Shown: piece after piece, positions 38,614-47,310 of the stretch
Layout: each line of letters starts with the position of its first letter
Numbering within the stretch: the stretch's first letter is position 1
NCBI GenBank assembly: GCA_045047305.1
Contig: JASFYO010000005.1
Coordinates: forward strand, 12,277-76,276
DNA length: 64,000 nucleotides
Origin: Planctomycetota bacterium
GTDB lineage: Bacteria; Planctomycetota; UBA1135
Reading direction: 5' to 3'
Made by a program: the position numbers and the translations under genes
The notes under the pieces: generated by a model
The model's database searches: none
What the model saw: the letters and a program-made list of their open reading frames with translations, nothing else
Told to the model about the DNA's origin: nothing

Positions 38614-39609
38614 CTAACCGTTAAGGAATTGGGGCCAGGTCTCGAGGAAGAACTGGTGGACGGATGCGGGAGCCATCAAAACGAGGACGGTCCCCAAAAT
38701 CAGTGGCGGACCGAACGGAATGGTCCGCCCGGCAAGCCAGCCAACATGCGCGAACGAATGTACATAGGTGTGGGTCTTGCCCTGCGTCCGACGTCGGTGG
38801 CGAACCACCAAAATCATGCGCACGACGTTGACCACGCCCAGCACTGCGCCCGCGAAGACGCCGACAGCGAGAGTCCAAACGGAGCCCTCGAGGCCGAGGA
38901 AGGCACCGACAGCGGCGATGTACTTGACGTCGCCAAAGCCCAGTGCTTCCTGCTTAAGAAGATAAGAAAACAGGCGACCAATTCCAAACAAGAACCCGAA
39001 AGAAATAAGGGAACTAAGGAATCCTGAAATCAAAGCGAGTTGATTTAGCGGCAAATCCAGAGGAATTCCGAACCAATCGAGGCCCAATGGCATGGTGTCC
39101 AATCCAGGCCAAAAATGAAATTCTGGGACCAGATAGGCCGCAGCTAATCCGAAGGGAATTCCGCCCAAGGTGATGCCATCGGGCAGGATGAAATGACGAA
39201 AATCGACAGCCATCGCAATCCACAGGCCTGTTAAGGCAACGAAGGATAGCCCAAGTGCCACTGGGCCACCGCCTAGAGCAGAATCTGCCAACCAACTGTG
39301 CCCAGCAAGGTAAAACAAACCCGCTAAGCCGATCTCGTGGACCAGATAGCCTGGCCCAAAGCCAGATTTGCAGTCGCGGCAGCGGCCACGGAGAATCAAA
39401 TACCCAAGGACCGGAATATTATCATGCCAGCGGATGGTCGCGTTGCAGCAGGGGCAATGTGAGCGTGCAGGGCTCGCGATCGACATCCCCTCTTTAGGAA
39501 TGCGAAAGATGGCCGCCGAGGCGAAGGAGCCAGCCATCGCGCCGCACACCACCAAAAAGGTGATGTAGAGGCCAGGACTCTCCACTTGCAGGACTTGCAA
39601 CCAGTTCAT
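38614..39609 (-). CDS. pilD: Prepilin peptidase (A24A)
   Basis: GSF...RIP, RSHCPCC, DNIPV.GYL.LRGRCRDC, D...FILPD, GFGDVK and IPFGP motifs. Confidence 0.93.
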   Translation of the reverse strand: MNWLQVLQVESPGLYITFLVVCGAMAGSFASAAIFRIPKEGMSIASPARSHCPCCNATIRWHDNIPVLGYLILRGRCRDCKSGFGPGYLVHEIGLAGLFYLAGHSWLADSALGGGPVALGLSFVALTGLWIAMAVDFRHFILPDGITLGGIPFGLAAAYLVPEFHFWPGLDTMPLGLDWFGIPLDLPLNQLALISGFLSSLISFGFLFGIGRLFSYLLKQEALGFGDVKYIAAVGAFLGLEGSVWTLAVGVFAGAVLGVVNVVRMILVVRHRRRTQGKTHTYVHSFAHVGWLAGRTIPFGPPLILGTVLVLMAPASVHQFFLETWPQFLNG

Positions 39610-39651
39610 TCCCTGATTGTGTCGCGGCCAAGGACCGATTCCAAGCCCAGA

Positions 39652-40479
39652 CTAGTGATGTGTGCGTCGAACCATACGAATCACTCGGTCGGACTCGGGT
39701 AAAGGCCAGCCACCAAGCCCTTCTACACCAGCCGGAAGCTCCAATGCGCCTCCACCAACCCAGGCAGGAATGTTCACCTCAACCACGGCGCCGGAGAAGG
39801 TGTTTTCGATTAAACGGAGCGTTACGAAATCTGGCTCCATTTGGCCTTGCGCTTGCCAGCGTGCCTTTCCCCTCAAGGTCCGGGGATCAATACCACGTGA
39901 GAAGTGCAGCAGGACCGGTTGGTCGCGCAGGAAGACATGCGGTTCATGCTCTGAAGGGCCCAGTAGGCCCAGCTGTGAGGATTCCACGCCGCGGCCGGCA
40001 AGAGCGCCGGCTGAAGCCGCATCGGCCGTGTGGAAGCGCAGGATGAGGTCTTTCGGCAAGAGAGATCCGTCCCTTGCAGCTAGGGCACGCAACCAAGGCA
40101 ATCCATGCAAGCGAATTCCATAACTTTGATTCGGGTGCAAACTGCCATCGCTAAGATCGGCGCGTAACGGTAAGCGGGGTTCTATGTGAATCCAGCGACC
40201 CACAACGGAGACTGACGCGGTGTCTACCACATGGCCCCCCTCATCCACCAGCTCAACCGAACTAGCACGCATCGGCTTCGCAAGTGGGAAATTGAACTCT
40301 ACTTTCAAGACTTGATCCAAGGCAACAGGCTGCTGGTCATCACCCGTCCAAGAAACTACCTGTAGGCGTGTGGGTATTCCCTCCACCCCACAGCTAGCCA
40401 GGGAGCCTAATAGGAACATAATCGCACTCAAGGTGCGTGTGCGCTGCCAGTTAGATTGCGGAAACAAGGATTGGCTCAT
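39652..40479 (-). CDS. Small Ig-like (Big_5-like) lipoprotein (protein E)
   Basis: Lipobox LAS-C; V.FNFPL, F.RGIDP.TL and G.L.P..SY motifs resemble the N-termini of proteins C and D. ATG 40479 lies 7 nt after TATGCT. Confidence 0.65.
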   Translation of the reverse strand: MSQSLFPQSNWQRTRTLSAIMFLLGSLASCGVEGIPTRLQVVSWTGDDQQPVALDQVLKVEFNFPLAKPMRASSVELVDEGGHVVDTASVSVVGRWIHIEPRLPLRADLSDGSLHPNQSYGIRLHGLPWLRALAARDGSLLPKDLILRFHTADAASAGALAGRGVESSQLGLLGPSEHEPHVFLRDQPVLLHFSRGIDPRTLRGKARWQAQGQMEPDFVTLRLIENTFSGAVVEVNIPAWVGGGALELPAGVEGLGGWPLPESDRVIRMVRRTHH

Positions 40480-40500
40480 AGATTGCAGCATAGCGTGCCA

Positions 40501-40541
40501 AAAAGAAAACCCCTCGTCATCGAAGGCTGACGAGGGGTTTT
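40501..40541 (-). terminator. Rho-independent terminator of the large-lipoprotein operon
   Basis: AAAACCCCTCGTCA-TCGAAGGC-TGACGAGGGGTTTT with a U-tract on the minus strand. Confidence 0.88.
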
Positions 40542-40555
40542 GTAACTTCAGAGCT

Positions 40556-43500
40556 TTACCAGCCCCAAGGAATCTTCAGGTATTCCAAAGAAGGCTTCTC
40601 CTTGTCCACCGTTGGACCGGAATTCAAGGCATCGATGTCGAAGGTGATGCGATAGCGGACGAAGCGCTTGCCCTGGAGATCGGACATGCTGGTGACTCCA
40701 TCGCCAGTCCATGGAGTGGCTGCTGCAATATCCGGCGTGTTCGAGCCAGGAGCCGTCTCCTCTGTGCCTTGGAACTGAATGCGTACGCTTGCAGAAGCCG
40801 GCAGACGATCCTTGGTTGCCGTGGTGGTCACGCGGAAGAACTTCGAGCGTACAGCCCAATTGGCCGAAGCCACTAAAGACATAGGCCCATCCGAAACACG
40901 AGTGGTCAAGACCAAGGTCTCCGGACTAGCAGTGTAAACAGCATCCATTATTTCAAAGGTGGATGGAGTCACCATGCTGGTGTCTGGAACCATGTCGTAG
41001 CCGACCATCAGGTTCGGGTTGCGCAACAAGTCTGCACCGAAGGACGATGATGGGTTGGCAATGGTCACGGTGTAGTTGGAGAAGCTAGCGGTTCCTGTTC
41101 CACCATCAACACCGACCACAGAGCCTGGAGTGACCAAGTTGGAACCACTAAGCACCAAGCCCGTTGCTTGATCAATACCTTCGAAACCGAGAGTGGTGTC
41201 AAGGTAGTCCGGGAAAGGACCGGTTCCGTTTGCTGGGTTGCGTAGTTCTGCAAGACCAGTATCGACCCACACGCTTTGCACCTGAGATTCTGGAGAGAAC
41301 ATCGGGACCAAGGTGAATGGCACTGGAATGGCATAAATCCCAAGCACTTCATCCTGGCGATCAGAGATGGCTGGATTACTGGGATCCAAAGCCGTGATGT
41401 ACTGCTTGAACGCCGCGTCTACCGAAGGGTGGTAGGTGATGTCTTGCAATGGATTCGGCACGTGGATTTGGATCAAGCCACTAGCACCTGCTCCACCGCG
41501 GCCAATCATGTAAGTGCTGTTGCCATCGTTTTCGCCATCGCCACTGAATCCAGTGTCGTCATCAGTCTCATTGAAACCGTTAGTAGGAGAAACGAAACGA
41601 CTACCAGCCCAGCCCCGACGTCCACCAATCGCTTGGATTAGGTGTGAGTTGGTGATGTTGGCAAAGAAGGTTGCAGGCACCGCTGGGTTACCCGCCGTTC
41701 CCACTGGAATCTGGCTGAGGTTTAATCCCGATGCCGAGTGCAGAATGAGGTGTCCACCAGAACCACCACCAGATCCCGATACTTGGGAGGTCGTTGCGAG
41801 ATCACCGCCGTCTCTGGAGGATTGTCCGCCCTGACCGGAGCCGCCATTCACTTTCAGAATCGCTGCCGGACCAAGAGTAATCGGACCAAGACATAACAGT
41901 TGCACCTGTCCACCACCACCACCACCGGGTGCGCCACGGAAGTAGCGCGCGGTGTAACCCACACCCGCGAAGTTAGGGTCAGGGAACAACATGTTCAGGG
42001 TGTCTGGGTATAAATCCCCATCCAAGTCAAAGCGGAACATGGTTTGAATATCACCACTTGCACCACCACCAGAGCCTGCGTACGGCGCACTCAGCTCCCC
42101 CGTGACCAGGGTTGGTGCAACGCCAGCGGTGCCATCCCAGAAGTAGCGGTGGCCCCAAAAGTTATTGCTCGTTTGCCCATCAGTAAAAACCGAGCGGCCA
42201 GCAATGCCGCCATCGGGCCCAGTATTTGGGTTGCCGAATGGAAAGGCGATGGCGGCGCCGGTCTCAGAACGATCAAAGAGGATTTCCCAATCGACATCAT
42301 TCAAGGTGTCTTGGGAACGGTCCTCAAAACCTTGCACGCCGTGCGGTCCAGTGATGGTTTGGCTATCCGGATTCCGCGTATGAGATCGACTGGAACCACG
42401 CAACCCATCTTCAGCACCTAAGAATGCCAAATCAGGATCAATCGTCGCGTTGTAAATCGTGTGCCGATCAGCGCGTAAGTCAGGGCCGGAGTTATCAAAA
42501 CTGGAAGGATTCTCAAGCAAACTCCAACGATCCCAGAAAATGGAATCGGTACGGCCTTCACTAAAGCCGCCACCGGCACCACCACCGGCAATGAGGTATT
42601 CGGAAGCTATTAGGGTTGGACCTACGGCAGCAGCGCGGTCTTGTTGATAGCCACCCTCACCGCCAATGCCTCCACCGCCAACCACGCCAAAAGGCCCGTT
42701 GCCCGTTTCGCCACGTGGGGTGTAATCATTCAGCACAAGAGATGCAGAGCCCCCCTTGCCGCCACCGCAGGCTCCAAGTGCGCCCGGGACAGCCAAAAAC
42801 CAACTGTTAATGGCTCCATCTGGGGCCGTAGCATTAAAGCCACTGGCATCTAAGGTGCCAAGCAGGATTGCCTCACCGGAAACGTAAACCACCAATGGGT
42901 TATCGCCAATCGCGCGCAAGGTGGCTCCGGCCTCAATGGTGAAATCGTGAACATTCATCACACCATTCGTCACGGTAAAGACTTTGCCATTACCATCGGT
43001 AACTTGAGTCGTGGATGAAGTATCAATCTGAAGCAGACCTTGCCCAGTGGTAATCACAAAGTTACGATCCACGCCAACGGGAGTGCCGGGGAACGGGAAG
43101 TCTGCAGCAATCACGCCAGGCGTGATGGATGCTGGAGGCTGCGGCAAATCGGCCTCCAAGTCCAAACGGTTCGGGTTTCCAAAGCCATCCGTATATTCAT
43201 CAAAAGTTACATCTTGCTCATCAATCGCTGGGCCGTTCGCATAAAATTCCGCGATGGTCGGCACTGCAATCGGACTGGTCACCACCGTGGTGGTGTTGGT
43301 GTTACCGCCTAGATCCTCGAAATTGGAAGTCAGGACCACACGAATATCGCGGCCCGGAATCAAAACACCACTAACCTGGAAATGGATTAAAGCACCATCG
43401 CCACAGTTGCTCACCACTTGCATGGCACCCGGGATCACGTTTCCACTGCTTGGGAAGATTCCGCTAGCATTCGAAAACTGCACGTAAATCCTTGCCGTAG

Positions 43501-44149
43501 AAAAATTAATCGGCTCCGGATTCACCGATTGGTTAAAACTCAAGACAATGGTGGAATCATTTTGAGAAACCAGACCAATGGAGTTTGGGACGGTGACATT
43601 ATCCAACAACGGAGGCCCCACAGTGGTGTCGGCAAACAATGTTTCGCCAGCTGTTGGGGTACGGAAGATACGAGTTAAACCAATTGCTAACTGATGCCCT
43701 GAGATGTCGCGAAGGACGGCTGCGCCTCCAGCACCCTCTGTGGGAAGGATTAGCTCATAACCAAAGTTGCCGGGAACAAAGCCACCGTTGCTGTTGTCCA
43801 CGTTATCCGGACAAGCAGGATTGAACTGAATGCCGAAGTTCCTGTTTCCCTCAGCATCGGTGATCAACTCGAAGGATCCGGTAACTGGATTGCCTGTGTT
43901 ACTTAAATCTGTCGGGCGCAAAATCACCGAAGCAAAATTAACCGAATTCGCGTCAATTTCGTTATTGAAAAAGAGCTGAATTGGGCGGTTAAGCAACCAA
44001 CTATCCCCATTGCTAACGTTGGAAGTTAAAACTTCAAAACGGCCAATGGATGACACCGATTTTTTACAACCGACAACGAAAAGGGGAAGCAATGCAACGC
44101 CCATGATGAAGGCGCTGCGCAGCAGGGATGTTTTGATGTTAGGCATCAT
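40556..44149 (-). CDS. Large Gly-rich surface lipoprotein with Ig-like domains (protein C, paralog of D)
   Basis: Lipobox VVG-C; FNNEID..SVNF and FEDLGGN motifs; GGGAGGG and GSGGGSGG tracts; ATGA overlap with the upstream gene. Confidence 0.85.
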   Translation of the reverse strand: MMPNIKTSLLRSAFIMGVALLPLFVVGCKKSVSSIGRFEVLTSNVSNGDSWLLNRPIQLFFNNEIDANSVNFASVILRPTDLSNTGNPVTGSFELITDAEGNRNFGIQFNPACPDNVDNSNGGFVPGNFGYELILPTEGAGGAAVLRDISGHQLAIGLTRIFRTPTAGETLFADTTVGPPLLDNVTVPNSIGLVSQNDSTIVLSFNQSVNPEPINFSTARIYVQFSNASGIFPSSGNVIPGAMQVVSNCGDGALIHFQVSGVLIPGRDIRVVLTSNFEDLGGNTNTTTVVTSPIAVPTIAEFYANGPAIDEQDVTFDEYTDGFGNPNRLDLEADLPQPPASITPGVIAADFPFPGTPVGVDRNFVITTGQGLLQIDTSSTTQVTDGNGKVFTVTNGVMNVHDFTIEAGATLRAIGDNPLVVYVSGEAILLGTLDASGFNATAPDGAINSWFLAVPGALGACGGGKGGSASLVLNDYTPRGETGNGPFGVVGGGGIGGEGGYQQDRAAAVGPTLIASEYLIAGGGAGGGFSEGRTDSIFWDRWSLLENPSSFDNSGPDLRADRHTIYNATIDPDLAFLGAEDGLRGSSRSHTRNPDSQTITGPHGVQGFEDRSQDTLNDVDWEILFDRSETGAAIAFPFGNPNTGPDGGIAGRSVFTDGQTSNNFWGHRYFWDGTAGVAPTLVTGELSAPYAGSGGGASGDIQTMFRFDLDGDLYPDTLNMLFPDPNFAGVGYTARYFRGAPGGGGGGQVQLLCLGPITLGPAAILKVNGGSGQGGQSSRDGGDLATTSQVSGSGGGSGGHLILHSASGLNLSQIPVGTAGNPAVPATFFANITNSHLIQAIGGRRGWAGSRFVSPTNGFNETDDDTGFSGDGENDGNSTYMIGRGGAGASGLIQIHVPNPLQDITYHPSVDAAFKQYITALDPSNPAISDRQDEVLGIYAIPVPFTLVPMFSPESQVQSVWVDTGLAELRNPANGTGPFPDYLDTTLGFEGIDQATGLVLSGSNLVTPGSVVGVDGGTGTASFSNYTVTIANPSSSFGADLLRNPNLMVGYDMVPDTSMVTPSTFEIMDAVYTASPETLVLTTRVSDGPMSLVASANWAVRSKFFRVTTTATKDRLPASASVRIQFQGTEETAPGSNTPDIAAATPWTGDGVTSMSDLQGKRFVRYRITFDIDALNSGPTVDKEKPSLEYLKIPWGW

Positions 44150-47100
44150 TGGGTGGTGTAAGCGAAGCCAAAGGCGTCAAGTTCAGCGAGCAGGTCTTGC
44201 TCAATGTTCGACACGAAAGTGAACCGAAGTTGGAAGAAACGGCGGCCATCGGCAATGAGGTCAGCTGGGTCAGAATACCAGTCCGAAGGCAATGACATTG
44301 TTGCACAAGTACCTTGGTATTCTCCATAGGAGTCGAAGCTGGTGCTTGCGTCGTTCAACGGCGACGGGCTGTCGGTTGCAATGCAGGTGGCATCATTGAT
44401 GGTGATGGTGGAGCGGAACTGCACCTCAACGGAAGTGCCTGGATTAGCTTGTGCCGCAGTAGGTTCGATGGTCAGGGCAGACATGGCATCGAGGTTGCCA
44501 CCAAAGTCAAACCAGTGGGTGTAAACCTTACTCACCTTAGTAACGAAATCGACCTGTCCCCAGTAGAGCTCTGGGCCAAAGCCCTTAGTGCCGACACCAG
44601 TCACGGTGTTATAGCCGCCGTTTGGAGCGGTACCTTCAGGCGGAAGGTCTGGGCGCACCAAGTTCCATACCGAGTTGCCGTCGCGACCGCCGGAGGAGAA
44701 CACGCGGAAAGCCGGGATGTTGGAAGAACCAACCATGATTTGAACCTGGAATCCGTTGAAACCAAATTCCTGGCCGCGCGGATAACAGCGGAAGCGCATC
44801 AGCAAAGGCAACGCAATGCTTGGGAACTCCCCTGCAAGCCAAACTGGAACACCACCGATGACGGACGGAGGAACCCCATAACCAGCATCATTGGTCGGAG
44901 TACCGCCAGAAGGATTACCGCCGACTAAGGCACCACCATCCGGGATTGGGAAGTGAGTGTCACGCCAAGTGTAAGTGGTCGCAAAGTCTGGCCATGGGTA
45001 CATGGACACTCCGCCTGAGGTCTGGAATCGGTTCACGCTTGATATTTCATAATTGGTATCAAACACAATGACCTCGTCTAGATCTGCATAAGCTACAGGA
45101 TCTTGGCCAAAGCCATAGATATTCGAATCGAAGTTATTTCCAGTCAAACGCTTCAATCCAGAGTTCTTGTGCTCTGGATAACCAGAGCCTGCATTGATGA
45201 AATCATCTGGGAAACGCACCGAGTGGGCCAAAGCAAGCGAGTAACGATCAAAAGTATCGTCGAAAACCACGCCTTCAAAGGGTGACCAATTCAGACCTTC
45301 CACATCGAGATTGAACTCACTCACGCTAGACAGGCCGAAACCAAGCTGATGATATGCGTAACAAGTCATCAATACGGCTCCCGCTGGAGTTAGTGGAGTC
45401 ATCAGGCCTTGAGTGAACTTCAGACGCTGACCCACGAACTGGTTGGTTTGGTCCGCCTGGCGTGAAAAACGAACAATGCCGCGTCCGCGAAGCACACCAT
45501 CACCCACAATCGGGCCAAGTTGGCCAGCGTATTCCGGAGTTTGATCCCCATCCTCATCGATACCGTTGCCGCGCAGTGCAAAGTACTTGTCAACGGGAAC
45601 AGCGGTTCCGCCTAAAGTCCATTTCAATCCGGACAGTTGGAATTGCGAAGAGTGTCCAGCAACAAAACTGGAGAAGTCGACGACATTTCCAGCAAGGTCG
45701 AGGATGCCAGTATTGCCATTGCGTAGCGCAAGAGACAGTTGCAGGCTAGTGCTTTCGCCAAAAGCATCGGTAATACCGGCTAAGGGTGCGAGGGTAAAGG
45801 ATTGAGCATCACCGGAGGCCTGGATTGGGCCAAACATAATGCGGCCTGGGCCACCACCACTACCAAATCCTGGCAAGCGATCGAGGAAGTTGGGAACTGT
45901 TTCACCACCAACCAAATCCCATTCTCTGTCGTTTCCGTCGACGCCGGCACTGAGGTTAGCCGAGGAAAGCACCATGGAATCCAGCGAGCGTACTGTAGTG
46001 ACGTTGATTGGCTCACTGAAACGGACCGTAATCGTTGAGAATGGGTCCACGCCGTTTGCCGGAAAGTTAATCGTTGGAGCGGGCGTTATGGTTAAGAAAC
46101 ACAACTGCAAAGCAGAATCGGCCACCGTGTAGCGGGTCGTTAGGTTTCCGGAGCGTGGGTTGAAGCCTCCGGGCAAAGTCCCTGCCAAAAGAGCACCCTG
46201 CACCTCAAGGGCAGCGTTGTTGGAAGTGTCGATGACGCTAGTAACTTGTAGTAATGCACCATTGACCTCAATCACGTCCCCTACCTTTGGACTCAAAGAA
46301 CGACAACCCAAGACATCTAAGGCGTAAATAATGTTACGTTGGTTACCGATTTCAATCACCGAGGCAATGGTGATTTCTTGAGTCACAATCAGGGACGGCT
46401 TGGAAGTGTCGGTCAAAAACCCGTTAAAAGCATCCAAATGGTTTCCAGTACGCACTGCGCGCACGGCAACAGGATCAAGCCCCGCAAACTCATGCGGTTC
46501 TATAATTGAATCTCCAGCTGCATTCCGGTTTACGTCGAAAGTTTGCGTGTTCGCTTTGTTGCTCAGCAGAAGCGTTTGGTTGATAAAAGGATTTAGCTTA
46601 GTTGGGATCCGCAACTTGATGTTCGGAGTTTGCTGATTCTCCGATTCTGGAAATCCAATTCCGTTCTCTGGAATGCCCAACTGTTGCGCATCGATTTTGG
46701 AGATAGTTGGATCTAAAATAACGATACCAACGGGCTCTCCATCTTGCCCTACTCCTTCTTTCACGACATAGCGAACTTCAAGGGAGGAAAGGCTATCTTG
46801 GGAGGTTCCGACCAAAACCTGGATGGTTTGGCGATCCACCGTATTCGGATTCAGGAACTCAGAAAACACCAAACGAATCGCGCCGTTACGTGCAAGCTTG
46901 GTAAATGGGCCCGGTGAATCAAAACTCTTGGCCTGAAGCGAAGTCAATCCGACACGGGCGTCCGCTAAAGCCTCATCAAACGCCACCGTGCCGCTGGTTT
47001 CAAGGATGGTCAAGACCTCAACCTGAGTGATCGGGTTTTGACTCAACACATAACGAATGCCGTCGCTCTGCAAGCTCTCTCGAATCACGACATCGGTTTC

Positions 47101-47310
47101 CACCAAATCGCCTGCAAGGTCAAAAAGATTGATGAGGCGCCCCCACTGCATGTCCTCAAGAACGAGAGAAGCTTTTCCAGATCCAGCTCCAGTGCCGATT
47201 CCGGCACCGATTCCATCACCAGTAGCACCACACCCGACTAAGGAGAGAGCCGGTAAGGCAACAACGGTTGCAACGACGAAGCGTGCAAAAGAGTTTTTGA
47301 ATTGAATCAT
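44146..47310 (-). CDS. Large surface lipoprotein with Ig-like domains (protein B, paralog of A)
   Basis: Lipobox LVG-C; WGRL, RNGAIRLVFSE, ILDLAGN, DEDGD and VEGLNWSP motifs; ATGA overlaps at both ends. Confidence 0.85.
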   Translation of the reverse strand: MIQFKNSFARFVVATVVALPALSLVGCGATGDGIGAGIGTGAGSGKASLVLEDMQWGRLINLFDLAGDLVETDVVIRESLQSDGIRYVLSQNPITQVEVLTILETSGTVAFDEALADARVGLTSLQAKSFDSPGPFTKLARNGAIRLVFSEFLNPNTVDRQTIQVLVGTSQDSLSSLEVRYVVKEGVGQDGEPVGIVILDPTISKIDAQQLGIPENGIGFPESENQQTPNIKLRIPTKLNPFINQTLLLSNKANTQTFDVNRNAAGDSIIEPHEFAGLDPVAVRAVRTGNHLDAFNGFLTDTSKPSLIVTQEITIASVIEIGNQRNIIYALDVLGCRSLSPKVGDVIEVNGALLQVTSVIDTSNNAALEVQGALLAGTLPGGFNPRSGNLTTRYTVADSALQLCFLTITPAPTINFPANGVDPFSTITVRFSEPINVTTVRSLDSMVLSSANLSAGVDGNDREWDLVGGETVPNFLDRLPGFGSGGGPGRIMFGPIQASGDAQSFTLAPLAGITDAFGESTSLQLSLALRNGNTGILDLAGNVVDFSSFVAGHSSQFQLSGLKWTLGGTAVPVDKYFALRGNGIDEDGDQTPEYAGQLGPIVGDGVLRGRGIVRFSRQADQTNQFVGQRLKFTQGLMTPLTPAGAVLMTCYAYHQLGFGLSSVSEFNLDVEGLNWSPFEGVVFDDTFDRYSLALAHSVRFPDDFINAGSGYPEHKNSGLKRLTGNNFDSNIYGFGQDPVAYADLDEVIVFDTNYEISSVNRFQTSGGVSMYPWPDFATTYTWRDTHFPIPDGGALVGGNPSGGTPTNDAGYGVPPSVIGGVPVWLAGEFPSIALPLLMRFRCYPRGQEFGFNGFQVQIMVGSSNIPAFRVFSSGGRDGNSVWNLVRPDLPPEGTAPNGGYNTVTGVGTKGFGPELYWGQVDFVTKVSKVYTHWFDFGGNLDAMSALTIEPTAAQANPGTSVEVQFRSTITINDATCIATDSPSPLNDASTSFDSYGEYQGTCATMSLPSDWYSDPADLIADGRRFFQLRFTFVSNIEQDLLAELDAFGFAYTTQ

